A DNA stretch of 64,000 nucleotides, from contig JACZKW010000047.1 in the NCBI GenBank assembly GCA_014859835.1, forward strand, positions 2,723-66,722. Direction: 5' to 3'. Below are positions 1 through 13,672 of this stretch, piece after piece. The translations under genes and the position numbers were made by a program. Each line of letters begins with the position of its first letter. Positions within the stretch are counted from its first letter, which is position 1. The notes under the pieces are model-generated. The model ran no database searches. It was not told the DNA's origin and saw nothing but the letters and a program-made list of their open reading frames with translations. Origin of the DNA: Thermoplasmata archaeon (lineage in GTDB: Archaea; Thermoplasmatota; Thermoplasmata; UBA10834).

Positions 1-2
1 TG

Positions 3-734
3 ACCCCTGAGGAGAAGCTGGTCCTCAGAATCGTGAAGGACCAGCAACCGATCCGTCGGGACAGGGCGCTCACAATATCGCCATTGGGTACTGAGGATAC
101 GACAGAGGCGCTCAAATCATTGTATTCCTCCTCCATGCTTTATCTCGATACCACCCGAGGATACGTCGCGACTCCTAAGACGCGACTCTCCCGAAGGTCT
201 GCTTGGATAAGGATAATCAGGCGCATGTTCCTCAGCTATGGCATATGCTCGGCCGAGGCGCTCTCCATGATGATCGGCTCGGAGATTCCCATGCGAGAAC
301 TGAGGGGTATCCTGAGATTCCTCGAAGGGGAGGGCACTCTGGTGAAGGGCCATCTGATCCGAGGCTCAACGACCATCTACTGGGCCACTGGGGACGCACA
401 CGCTCTCCTGGGCGAGGCGGCCCCGAGTGTATCGGCCGTGGTGGCTCCAGAAGACAACATCGTCGGATATCTTCGCGCTGGCTTCAGAGACTCCCTGCCG
501 GAGACCGGAAGATACGCGGTCTATTCGGGATCCAAACTGATCGGCTCATTCATCGGGCGTATAGTACAGAACAAGCTCGTGGTGGACGATCTTCAGAGCG
601 AGGATGACTGCGCAGAGGTCATGGCGTCTTTCGCGAAGAGGCTGGGTGTTGCCCTTTCAGATAGGGCGGAGAGCAGCCTGTCCGAATGGGAGATCATGGA
701 ATTCTACAGGAAGAGCCACCCTGGGATGGGTTGA
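3..734 (+). CDS. hypothetical protein, 5'-partial (reading frame is open to the window edge)
   Basis: ORF frame continues upstream of the first Met to position 3 with no stop; no recognisable motif; downstream neighbour is convergent. Confidence 0.4.
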   Translation, partial: TPEEKLVLRIVKDQQPIRRDRALTISPLGTEDTTEALKSLYSSSMLYLDTTRGYVATPKTRLSRRSAWIRIIRRMFLSYGICSAEALSMMIGSEIPMRELRGILRFLEGEGTLVKGHLIRGSTTIYWATGDAHALLGEAAPSVSAVVAPEDNIVGYLRAGFRDSLPETGRYAVYSGSKLIGSFIGRIVQNKLVVDDLQSEDDCAEVMASFAKRLGVALSDRAESSLSEWEIMEFYRKSHPGMG

Positions 735-747
735 TTCCATCCTGCCA

Positions 748-1629
748 TCATCCCTGATCTTGTGCGCATCTTGAGAATTCGCAGCCGCTGCTCTTTGCCA
801 AGGTCCTCTCATTGAAGTAGAGGTACTCCTGCGCATAACCCGCGAAATCCCCCCATCTCTGGGTCGCGAACCCTCTGATCGCCTTGTACGATCCTTCGAG
901 ATTGAACAATCGTGAGATCGCACGTTCTATCCAGACGTCGATCGGGAACGCATCCAGTTTGCCGAAACCGAACAGAGAAACACAATCAGCGACCTTCTCT
1001 CCGACCCCCGGCAGGGTCATCAGCTCTCTCTGCAGGTCCTGGTACTCGAGCAGCTTCAATCGCCTGATCTCCGCTCGATCAATACATCTGGAGATGGAGT
1101 GGAGATATTTCGCTCTGTATCCAAGCCCGCACTTCTGTAGTTCTCTCACACTGGCTTCTCTTAGGTCGGAAGGTGATGGGAACGAATGCACCCCATCCAC
1201 GATTTCGTGGCCGAACCGCATGGAGACCTCGTCGATCATCTTCGCGATCCTAGGGATGTTCGCGTAGGTTGCCAACACATAGCTCGCCAGGCATTCCCAT
1301 TCATCCATCTTGACGATTCTGAGTCCCCTGAACCGTTCGAGCCCAGAGGACAGCACAGAATCACCGGAAAGCGTCGATTGGATCTCCATGATGTCATCCG
1401 ACGCCCTCAGAAACTCGGAGACTCGGGCAGGCATTCTAGTTTCTCCAGGATGAGCACTGACGGACAATCGGTCGTTCTCCCATCCTAGAGTGACCAGATG
1501 TTTCCCGAGAGGACCGATCCAATCGCCCCTACCCGTCCTGGACCATCTGAACACCTGTCCACATCCAAGGGTCAGGTCCAGGTCCAGAGGCTCGATTTCT
1601 AGCGTGAATCTCATGATGGCATCTTCCAA
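748..1629 (-). CDS. ogg: 8-oxoguanine DNA glycosylase / N-glycosylase-DNA lyase (Ogg family, HhH-GPD)
   Basis: N-terminal LDLDLTLGCGQVFRW (OGG N-domain) and HhH-GPD signature LPGVGEKVADCV. Confidence 0.8.
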   Translation of the reverse strand: MEDAIMRFTLEIEPLDLDLTLGCGQVFRWSRTGRGDWIGPLGKHLVTLGWENDRLSVSAHPGETRMPARVSEFLRASDDIMEIQSTLSGDSVLSSGLERFRGLRIVKMDEWECLASYVLATYANIPRIAKMIDEVSMRFGHEIVDGVHSFPSPSDLREASVRELQKCGLGYRAKYLHSISRCIDRAEIRRLKLLEYQDLQRELMTLPGVGEKVADCVSLFGFGKLDAFPIDVWIERAISRLFNLEGSYKAIRGFATQRWGDFAGYAQEYLYFNERTLAKSSGCEFSRCAQDQG

Positions 1630-1636
1630 TCACCAA

Positions 1637-2119
1637 TCATCTCTTGTATCCGAACTTGCGGAGAAGGGCCTTCCTATCGTCCGCATCTTTCTCGGTCTCC
1701 ACGCCTTTTGGTCTTTCGCCGTCGATCACTCCAATGACCCCTCTTCCCCTCTCGTTCTCGACCACGACCACGTCCAAAGGGTTCGCGGTGGCGCAGAATA
1801 TAGTGCATATCTCCTGCACATCACGAAGCCTGTTCATGATGTTGATTGGATACGAATCCCTCAATATGATGACGAAAGTGTGTCCCGCGCCGATGCTCAT
1901 CGCATTCTCGGATGCCGATTTCATCAGGTCTTCATCATTTCCGTCTACTCTCACCAGGCATGGACCCGAAGCCTCGCAGAACGCGACCCCGAACTTGGCC
2001 TGTGGGACCGTACTGACTATCACCTCATAGATGTCCTCCACCGTCTTGATGAAATGACTCTGCCCTATCACGACATTCGCATTGTCTGGGAGCACGACCT
2101 CGACTGATTGCATCTTCAT
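1637..2119 (-). CDS. adenosine-specific kinase family protein (PF04008-like)
   Basis: MKMQSVEVV...GQSHFIKTVEDIYE...AKFGVAFCEASGP...GAGHTFVIILRDSYPINIMNRL...CATANPLDVVVVE...LRKFGYK matches the archaeal adenosine-specific kinase family; ORF-track start at 2236 looks over-extended, in-frame ATG at 2119 gives the family-typical ~160 aa. Confidence 0.55.
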   Translation of the reverse strand: MKMQSVEVVLPDNANVVIGQSHFIKTVEDIYEVIVSTVPQAKFGVAFCEASGPCLVRVDGNDEDLMKSASENAMSIGAGHTFVIILRDSYPINIMNRLRDVQEICTIFCATANPLDVVVVENERGRGVIGVIDGERPKGVETEKDADDRKALLRKFGYKR

Positions 2120-2301
2120 GACAGCAAACCCATTTGGCGAGAAGGTCGATCGTCGGGAAAAATCTTTCTCCGCATGGCTGGCGGACGCATTGGGGTTTCG
2201 CCACCCTCCTCCCAAGTTATCGTCAGTCGGAATCAAAATGGTTAACTATTTATCCAGGCATACCGTAGACTTGTAAATCATGTCTGAGGAGGCACTGCGA
2301 G

Positions 2302-4011
2302 TTGCCAGATTCTAGCGGGGACAAACTCTGCCCCATCTGCGATTCTCCACTCCAGCCCGGATCGAAGAAGTGCGGGTTCTGTGGGACAGATTTGTCCATA
2401 TTCGATATGGATGTCGAAGAGCCTGTTCAGCCCATGCCTAGCGCTTCGGCTCCAAAGAAATCAATCGATACGATGGTTCGCGAGATCTTATCGGCTCCTC
2501 GCAATGAGCCCGAGGTCCCTGAGACCCCCAAGACCGAGGTCTCTGATGAATCCGCCGCGACTGCCGCTTCGCTGTTCTCGCAATCCCTATCTGATACCGG
2601 TCCTGAAACGGAGGAACCGGCAGCTGTCGAGGAAGAGGCCACTCCCAAGACACAAGTGACCGAGCCCGCCCAAGAGGACCAATTCGCATGTCCCGAGTGC
2701 GACGCAAGAGTGAGCATCACCGCATCCTCCTGTTCGAATTGCGGTGTTATCTTCTCAGACGAAGGCACAGAAGTATTCCAATGTCCTGCATGTAACACGC
2801 TCGTCAATATCGCCGCCAAGACCTGCCCTGGTTGTGGCGCTATGTTCGTCGAATCCGAGGAGGAAGCGGCTGCGTCAGTGGAACCTCAGCAAGAGCTCGA
2901 GCCGCCGATCGCTGAAGTCCCGGCCGTAAGCGAGACCCCAATCGTGAATGTGGAGGTCGAACCCGAGGATGCCGAGGAACCATCTTTTGATGAGGAGGAA
3001 GCGCCTGAGAAGGCTGCTCCTAAGGAGAAGAAGACCCGCTCACCATTCGGCTGGCTGAAGAAGCGCAAGAAGGACGATGCCCAAGAAGAGGCGGAGCTAG
3101 AGCAAGAACCCGAACCTCTGGACAAGCATGACCACGTCGAGGCCGGGCCATTGCGCCATCTAAAGGAAGAGCCGCAGCCAAGGATACACGAACCGGAGTC
3201 CACCAGACCTGCTCCAGTCCCGAAGACCACTCCCATGAATGTGGATCTGAAGGACAAAGGGAAGGAGCTTGCGAGGATGGTGGCGGAGATGAAGCCACTC
3301 CTGTCCCTGGCCATGCAGAATGAGATCGAGATATCCGAGAGTAAGCAGCTCATCGATGACGCGGCCATAGCTGGACGAGAGAGGCAGCTCGAGAAAGCCC
3401 TTGAGCTCGTTAACACCGCACGCGCGTCCCTCGTGGATTCAATAGACGAGAGGCTGGCCGAGACGCTCGATCAACTGAGGGAAGAGGCCCAAGTAGCCGA
3501 GGAGCTCGGCGGCGAGGTATCTCGATCGAAGACATACATAAGCGAGATGGAGAAGGCCAAATCCAGTGGTGATGTGGAGGCCGCTTTCATCTATTCAGAC
3601 AAGGTCTCGAACGAGCTCCTTCCGATCACGGGCAGATACAACGAAGCGAAGAAGAAACTCAAATCATTGAAATCATTGCTTTCGGATTGCGAGATGCTCA
3701 TACTCGATACAAGGGAGGCACGTGCATCTTTCGTCGAGGCCAACAAGGCCTTTGATTCCAGGGACTTCGATAAGGCCGAGATGCTCATCACGCAGACGAA
3801 CGAGCGCCTCAACGCGGCCATCCCTGAGCGACTCACCGAAGAGATCAAGAACGCTCGTCACCTGCTCGTTGATGCGAAGATCCGAAACGTGAACATAACG
3901 CCTATGCTGACGATATTGAAGTCGGTGACCAACCTGACGAAATCGAAGGACTATTCGCAGGCGCTCAGAGAGTTGAGGGAATTCAAAGAGATGTCGAAGA
4001 AGACCATGTGA
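2302..4011 (+). CDS. triple C4 zinc-ribbon (DZR-type) protein with acidic/Pro-rich linker and C-terminal coiled-coil domain
   Basis: CPICDSPLQPGSKKCGFCG, CPECDARVSITASSCSNCG, CPACNTLVNIAAKTCPGCG; long E/P-rich linker; alpha-helical C-terminus; TTG start with GGAGG 11 nt upstream. Confidence 0.6.
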   Translation: MPDSSGDKLCPICDSPLQPGSKKCGFCGTDLSIFDMDVEEPVQPMPSASAPKKSIDTMVREILSAPRNEPEVPETPKTEVSDESAATAASLFSQSLSDTGPETEEPAAVEEEATPKTQVTEPAQEDQFACPECDARVSITASSCSNCGVIFSDEGTEVFQCPACNTLVNIAAKTCPGCGAMFVESEEEAAASVEPQQELEPPIAEVPAVSETPIVNVEVEPEDAEEPSFDEEEAPEKAAPKEKKTRSPFGWLKKRKKDDAQEEAELEQEPEPLDKHDHVEAGPLRHLKEEPQPRIHEPESTRPAPVPKTTPMNVDLKDKGKELARMVAEMKPLLSLAMQNEIEISESKQLIDDAAIAGRERQLEKALELVNTARASLVDSIDERLAETLDQLREEAQVAEELGGEVSRSKTYISEMEKAKSSGDVEAAFIYSDKVSNELLPITGRYNEAKKKLKSLKSLLSDCEMLILDTREARASFVEANKAFDSRDFDKAEMLITQTNERLNAAIPERLTEEIKNARHLLVDAKIRNVNITPMLTILKSVTNLTKSKDYSQALRELREFKEMSKKTM

Positions 4012-4026
4012 CCTCGATCGATGAGG

Positions 4027-6255
4027 TCAGGTCAGGTTCAGAACCTCCATCTCCCTCTCCATTATCGATATCTCCTGCTCCTTCATGGTCTCAGGACTTA
4101 TCGAGACTGCGAATATGCATTTCGATTCTGACACTTCATCGATTATGCTCCTCAGGAATCTGAGTACTGAATCGAAATTGGTGTTGCTGATAAGGTATTG
4201 TATGCCATCGAGGACGACCATGCTGTTCCCCTCCTCCGACATGAACTCCTGGATCTTGTGAATGATCATCTCCAGTGATGGTGGGACCGTCTTCTCCATC
4301 GAACTATCCTTGTCCGTAAGCCAGAGTATCCGTGGGTCATTTACGAAAGCATCTCTGATCCTCTTTGGGTTCATCCTCGTTATTATGAGCCCTCTGTAGT
4401 TCTCGGCCATCATTCGTTCCATCAGGACATTGCTGTAGGTCGGTTTCTCTTCCTCTATCAGGTAGCAATGGCCAGGCTGGATATTGACCTCCTTCATAAT
4501 CTCCTTCCTAGTCTCTTGCACGGGGGCGAGCGGCTTGAGTATGTCTGAGATGAGGGTCATGTCGATTTCCATCTTCATTATGGTGGAGAACGCGACGACC
4601 TTGTTCAGCGTGCTCTCTATCTCACGGACATTCTGAGTGACCTTTTCGGCGATGTACTTGACTATCTCATCGCTGAGCTTCAACTTCTTCTCATGAGCCT
4701 TCACCCTGACGAGTTTGATCCTGGTGTTCTCGTCTGGCGGCAGCAGATCGACGGTCAATCCCTTCTGGATCCTGGCATTCAACCTGTCGCTGAAGCCTGG
4801 GATCGCTGTGGGTAGCCTGTCGCTAGCAAGCACGACCTGCTTTCCGGAGTCGATGAGCGAGTCGATGATGTGTACCATCTCACCCTGAGCCTGTTCATTG
4901 GCTCCTAGGAACTGCATGTCGTCGACAAGCAGGAGTTCGGCGTGGTTCAGCTCCTCCCTCAGCTTCTTGATGGCATCTGAAGTCGCACTGTGCTCGACCG
5001 CGTCGACTAGCTTGTCGGCCGGCGCGTACAGGACGGCCAATTCTCTGTTCTTGTTCAGTATGTGGTTTCCGATGGCTGACAGAAGATGTGTCTTTCCCAG
5101 GCCAGTCGCACCGAATATCAGGAGCGGGTTGTATGCCTTGCCTGGATTCTCAGCTACCGCGACCGCGGTCGCTGCCGAGAACTTCGAACCTGGTCCTATC
5201 ACGAAGTTGTCGAATCTCATCTCTGGCGGGAATGACCTGGTGAACCTCTGCTCCTTCTCGCACTTGCCGCACTGTCCATCTTCCATCTCCCTGCCGCAGA
5301 TGGGGCACTTCTCGCCTTTCACTGCCTCCTCACCATCGGGTGTTGTCTGGTACTTGAGGATCAAGTCGTATACATCCGACGCCTTCTCATCCCTCTTCTT
5401 ACGTTCCATCTCCTGCTTTATCGAATCCTCTTCTGCCTTCCTCTTCTGTATCTTGCGGCGGATCTTCTCCTGCAGGAACTCGATGTCCGATTCTATCTCC
5501 GCGATACGAGTGCAATCGTTCAGTTTCGTTCTTATCTCCGCAATCTCCGGCTCGAGTCCGAGTATCGGGAAATTGTTCAGGATCGTCTCGAACTGCCTGA
5601 GCTTGTTCGTATCGCGCTCGAAGCTGGTCAGTTCCTTGGAGATCTCCTGGACACCTTGCTCCCTCGCCGTCTCAAGAGTCTCCACCTTGTACCCCTTCCT
5701 GCGCCATTGCTCTATCTTCTCCGCATACGGGTCGATTTCCGCCTCTTCCTTGACCTTCGCTTCGTCTCGGGCCTTAGGGGTCGGTTTGGGGGCGACTCTT
5801 CCAGCGATGTAGGCGTCGGGGAACCGGCGTTCGAATTCCTCTTTGGGGACACGACTGTGGAGCTCGATGTTGGACTCCTTGTCCTGCGAGTCCTCGAGTA
5901 TGAATCTCAGCGACTTCTCTCCGGTGTATATCCTCCGCAGCTCCCTGGGTTTCGATTTCTCAAACTCGTAGATCGCCATGACAGGCGTCCCAAGCTCCAC
6001 CACTATGTAACCCGTGGAGTTCATCATGGACTTCTCGAGCGTGACCTTCAGGTAACCAGTGAAACTGTATTGTTTCAGGTCCGACAGTATGCCTTTTAAT
6101 GAATCAAGGCCTCCTTTGGCGGTCCTTACGATTATCCCCTCAGGGATTCGGAGATCACTAGCCATGTCTGGGTCCGCTCCGTGAATACTGTCGAAACCTA
6201 TTAACCCTTGTTGCTCGTCATAACCGCTGGCGTGGACCGATGCCGCCATTACCAT
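4027..6255 (-). CDS. multidomain DnaA/Hda-like AAA+ ATPase: DUF4388-like N-domain, coiled coil, zinc ribbon, DnaA domain III (incl. lid), C-terminal DUF835-like domain
   Basis: FDNFVIGPGSKFSAATAVAVAENPGKAYNPLLIFGATGLGKTHLLSAIGN (DnaA box VII/Walker A), LLLVDDMQFL (Walker B), VVLASDRLP (sensor), LTVDLLPPDENTRIKLV, NVREIESTLNKV (lid); CPICGREMEDGQCGKCE zinc ribbon; C-terminal PGHCYLIEEEKP...ILWLTD...VVLDGIQYLI DUF835-like; start moved to in-frame ATG at 6255 because ORF-track N-terminus (to 6411) overlaps a tRNA. Confidence 0.8.
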   Translation of the reverse strand: MVMAASVHASGYDEQQGLIGFDSIHGADPDMASDLRIPEGIIVRTAKGGLDSLKGILSDLKQYSFTGYLKVTLEKSMMNSTGYIVVELGTPVMAIYEFEKSKPRELRRIYTGEKSLRFILEDSQDKESNIELHSRVPKEEFERRFPDAYIAGRVAPKPTPKARDEAKVKEEAEIDPYAEKIEQWRRKGYKVETLETAREQGVQEISKELTSFERDTNKLRQFETILNNFPILGLEPEIAEIRTKLNDCTRIAEIESDIEFLQEKIRRKIQKRKAEEDSIKQEMERKKRDEKASDVYDLILKYQTTPDGEEAVKGEKCPICGREMEDGQCGKCEKEQRFTRSFPPEMRFDNFVIGPGSKFSAATAVAVAENPGKAYNPLLIFGATGLGKTHLLSAIGNHILNKNRELAVLYAPADKLVDAVEHSATSDAIKKLREELNHAELLLVDDMQFLGANEQAQGEMVHIIDSLIDSGKQVVLASDRLPTAIPGFSDRLNARIQKGLTVDLLPPDENTRIKLVRVKAHEKKLKLSDEIVKYIAEKVTQNVREIESTLNKVVAFSTIMKMEIDMTLISDILKPLAPVQETRKEIMKEVNIQPGHCYLIEEEKPTYSNVLMERMMAENYRGLIITRMNPKRIRDAFVNDPRILWLTDKDSSMEKTVPPSLEMIIHKIQEFMSEEGNSMVVLDGIQYLISNTNFDSVLRFLRSIIDEVSESKCIFAVSISPETMKEQEISIMEREMEVLNLT

Positions 6256-6302
6256 GTCAAAAGGCTTAACTACAGAGACAATCTTCCCAACATTCCGTCT
6301 GC

Positions 6303-6406
6303 CACTGTAGCTCAGCGGTTGCGCCTGCGACCATGCAGGTGCCGCTAGAGAGCGGCAGTTTCGTAAACTGCAGGCCGGGGGTTCGAGACCCTCCAGTGGC
6401 TCCATA
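6303..6406 (+). tRNA. tRNA-Thr (anticodon CGU) with ~27-nt intron in the D-loop; CCA encoded
   Basis: Acceptor GCCACTG/CAGTGGC, D-stem GCTC/GAGC interrupted by TTGCGCCTGCGACCATGCAGGTGCCGC, anticodon arm GCAGT-TTCGTAA-ACTGC, T-arm GGGGG-TTCGAGA-CCCTC, discriminator T + CCA. Confidence 0.65.
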
Positions 6407-6461
6407 TCCACCCTCGTTGTCCAAGTGACAACTCTAATATGTCAGCGAGTCAATCGGCTTT

Positions 6462-7373
6462 TTGATGCCGGGCAAATCCGTTGTGTTCATCCCAGATTCC
6501 AAGTGCTCGAACTGCGGCACCTCCATCTCGGACTACTTGCAGGTCCAGGGTGATGGGAAAGCCACGTTCGTCTGCCCCAACTGCGGTAGTCCTGTTATCC
6601 GCGAGATCGTAGCCGGGGTTGCGCCTCCGACCCATCCTGACGAGGTTATCGAACTCGGGGGTGGCCAGACGACCAAGAGCCACTATCCTTGTCTCTACAT
6701 TCAACCCAGACACGCTCCACGATTCGACCTTCGGAACATGGTCCTGACATCGATCCGTCCGACCAAGTCCTTGACGAATCTGTATCTGTCCACCGATCTG
6801 AGACATGCGATCGCGATGGTCCTGGTATTCAGCGTGATCTCCACGATATTCAGTGTACTCATCACGCACGATATGGCTGAAGTGGTCGGTTACACTTCAA
6901 GGGATGCAGTCGGCATCGTCCTACAGGGGGTCGTGGGATGGATCGTCACCCTGTTATCGTTCCTCATATTCGGGGTCGTGGCTGCGCTTCTGTCCCACGA
7001 GATCTTCGGAGGGCGGGGAGACAAAGGATCGACCCTCACCCTGGTCGCTCATTGCTATCCCTGGTTCGTGGTCCTTTCGATAATCCTGCTGTCCCTCTTC
7101 GACTACGGGTTTGTAGGTCTCGACCTCGCGGGCGTCGATAGTTGGGCAGATGATGAGATTCAACAAGCCATGGTGTTCGGCGCGATATTCCTGGTCTTGG
7201 TCCTTGCTGGTTTGGTGTGGATCCTGCGCATCGTGAGCAAGGCGATTGGAGTAGCAAACGACATATCGACGGGTTCCGCAGCTCTGTGCGCCATCCTCGC
7301 AGGCGTCGCTGCAGGAATAATCGCACTCATCGTCGGCTCTTTCATGCGATTGCCGATAGGGATAAATTTCTGA
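6462..7373 (+). CDS. zinc-ribbon + polytopic membrane protein (Yip1-like topology)
   Basis: N-terminal CSNCG...(17 aa)...CPNCG ribbon followed by ~5 hydrophobic helices. Confidence 0.5.
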   Translation: MMPGKSVVFIPDSKCSNCGTSISDYLQVQGDGKATFVCPNCGSPVIREIVAGVAPPTHPDEVIELGGGQTTKSHYPCLYIQPRHAPRFDLRNMVLTSIRPTKSLTNLYLSTDLRHAIAMVLVFSVISTIFSVLITHDMAEVVGYTSRDAVGIVLQGVVGWIVTLLSFLIFGVVAALLSHEIFGGRGDKGSTLTLVAHCYPWFVVLSIILLSLFDYGFVGLDLAGVDSWADDEIQQAMVFGAIFLVLVLAGLVWILRIVSKAIGVANDISTGSAALCAILAGVAAGIIALIVGSFMRLPIGINF

Positions 7374-7379
7374 CGACCA

Positions 7380-8645
7380 TCATTCATCTAGGAGCCTGTC
7401 TACCATCCTCATCGCGCAGAGATCTCCACACATCGAACAGACATCGGGGGTCTTCGACTTGCGACGGTCTCTGTAAGCCTTTGCCTTCTCGGGATTGAAC
7501 GACAGTTCGAACATGGTGTCCCAATCGAAAGCCTTCCTGGCACATGACATCTTCCGATCCTTGTCGCCACCCCTGCCTCTTGCGAGGTCGGCGGAATGGG
7601 CCGCTATCTTGCTCGCGATGACACCTTCTCTGACATCGTCGACGGTCGGCAGTGAAAGGTGTTCCGACGGGGTGACGTAGCAGAGGAAGTCCGCACCGTG
7701 ATACGCAGCCAAGGCTCCACCGATCGCTCCGGCGATATGATCATAACCTGCGGCCACATCGCAAACGATCGGCCCAAGGACATAGAACGGCGCTCCCTTG
7801 CAGATGGTCTTCTCCGCCACGACATTCGCCTCTATCTGGTTCAGAGGCACATGTCCGGGCCCTTCGACCATGGCCTGAACGCCAGCTGCACGCGCTCTCT
7901 CGACGAGTTTCCCGAGGACGATCAGTTCATGGAGTTGCGGTCCATCGGTGGCATCGGCGGTCGACCCGGGTCTTAGTCCATCCCCCAGGCTCAGCGCGAA
8001 GCCATGTTCCTTTGCCATCTCCAGAAGGTAATCGTATTCCTCGTAGAGGGGGTTCTCCCGACCGTTCTCGTGCATCCATGCGACAAGGATCGCCCCTCCT
8101 CTGGATACGACGCCAGTCAGCCTCTTATGGCTTCTCAACGTGGAAACCGTCTCTTTGGTTATGCCGCAGTGCACGGTCATGAAATCGACACCATCCTTCG
8201 CATGCTTTTCGATGGTTTTGAAAAGATCATCGCTGGTCATCGACATCGGTCCGTCAGATTTCGATGTCCTACATATTGCTTCGTAGATCGGGACGGTCCC
8301 CACCGGAGCGTCGCACACTCCGATGACCTTCTTCCTTATTTCGTGAAGGTCTCCTCCAGTGCTGAGATCCATCACCGCATCAGCACCATATCGCAGAGCG
8401 ACCCTGACCTTCTCCAGCTCCTCGGGCAGGTCGATTCTGTCCTTGGAAGTGCCTATATTCGCGTTGACTTTGACCGTCAACCCTTCACCGATGGCTCTAG
8501 GTCGGAGGTTCTTATGTCTTGGGTTGGATGGGATCACCACTCTCCCGCCTTCGAACAATCTGGTCAACTTGTCTGGCGCGATTCCTTCCGCTCTGCAGAC
8601 CCCCTTCATTTCCAGTGGAGAATCGATTTTCTTTCTAGTCGCCAT
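7380..8645 (-). CDS. thiC: phosphomethylpyrimidine synthase
   Basis: Full-length ThiC: VEGPGHVP, radical-SAM-like C-terminal CSMCGDLC cluster motif. Confidence 0.95.
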   Translation of the reverse strand: MATRKKIDSPLEMKGVCRAEGIAPDKLTRLFEGGRVVIPSNPRHKNLRPRAIGEGLTVKVNANIGTSKDRIDLPEELEKVRVALRYGADAVMDLSTGGDLHEIRKKVIGVCDAPVGTVPIYEAICRTSKSDGPMSMTSDDLFKTIEKHAKDGVDFMTVHCGITKETVSTLRSHKRLTGVVSRGGAILVAWMHENGRENPLYEEYDYLLEMAKEHGFALSLGDGLRPGSTADATDGPQLHELIVLGKLVERARAAGVQAMVEGPGHVPLNQIEANVVAEKTICKGAPFYVLGPIVCDVAAGYDHIAGAIGGALAAYHGADFLCYVTPSEHLSLPTVDDVREGVIASKIAAHSADLARGRGGDKDRKMSCARKAFDWDTMFELSFNPEKAKAYRDRRKSKTPDVCSMCGDLCAMRMVDRLLDE

Positions 8646-8919
8646 CTGATACCACTGCTACAAAACGACCAATCAGTATAAAGCCTTTGATTGACAAGGC
8701 GATTCATGGTATCTGACAAGGGCTTCTGGCCACAGCCAATCGGTGGCCTTTCTTTTTCGACCTGTGACTTCTGGCTCACCTTGCGCGATTCGCCCTATCA
8801 TCGACCATTCCCCGCTCCATCGGCACCTGCCGATTTTTCGAGTGGAAACCAGTCGGATGAGTCGGCGATATGCTGCAATGGAAACGGAGGTGAGTTTTTG
8901 TCGTAGCCAGATAGTATTC

Positions 8920-8940
8920 TCAAAGATTTTATATACGCAG
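8920..8940. promoter_or_regulatory. palindromic TATA-like element (TTTTATATA) in the thiC/gyrB divergent intergenic region
   Basis: AT-rich ttttatatacgc centred ~8930 between divergently transcribed thiC and gyrB; could serve either direction. Confidence 0.3.
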
Positions 8941-8951
8941 GCTCCATTTAA

Positions 8952-10952
<2,001 letters not shown>

Positions 10953-10962
10953 GTGATCACTC

Positions 10963-13545
<2,583 letters not shown>

Positions 13546-13570
13546 CCAGGTGGATTTTTCAGCCATCTGG
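13546..13570 (+). terminator. hairpin CCAGGTGG-ATTTTTCAG-CCATCTGG immediately after gyrA stop
   Basis: 8-bp stem (one mismatch) with T5 in loop directly following TAG at 13543-13545. Confidence 0.3.
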
Positions 13571-13672
13571 CCCGCGTCTCACTCTTGATAACGACCCGCA
13601 AACCTTTATTAGTAGACAATCTATTGAAATCCGCAGAGGAGTCCGACTCGCTCGAACAGGGAGGGCTGCACT

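Noticed and set aside
4898-5812. 304-aa + strand ORF inside the DnaA-like gene
   Set aside because: Antisense to a motif-rich, clearly real CDS; Ser/Ala/Leu-rich low-complexity translation typical of GC-rich antisense frames
8646-8950. Expected TPP (thi-box) riboswitch in the thiC leader
   Set aside because: I checked the reverse complement for the conserved CUGAGA / ACCUGAUCUGGAUAAUGCCAGCG / GGGG core and found only weak fragments (GUCAGAUACC, AGGGCG). No convincing thi-box by eye. A covariance-model scan would be decisive.
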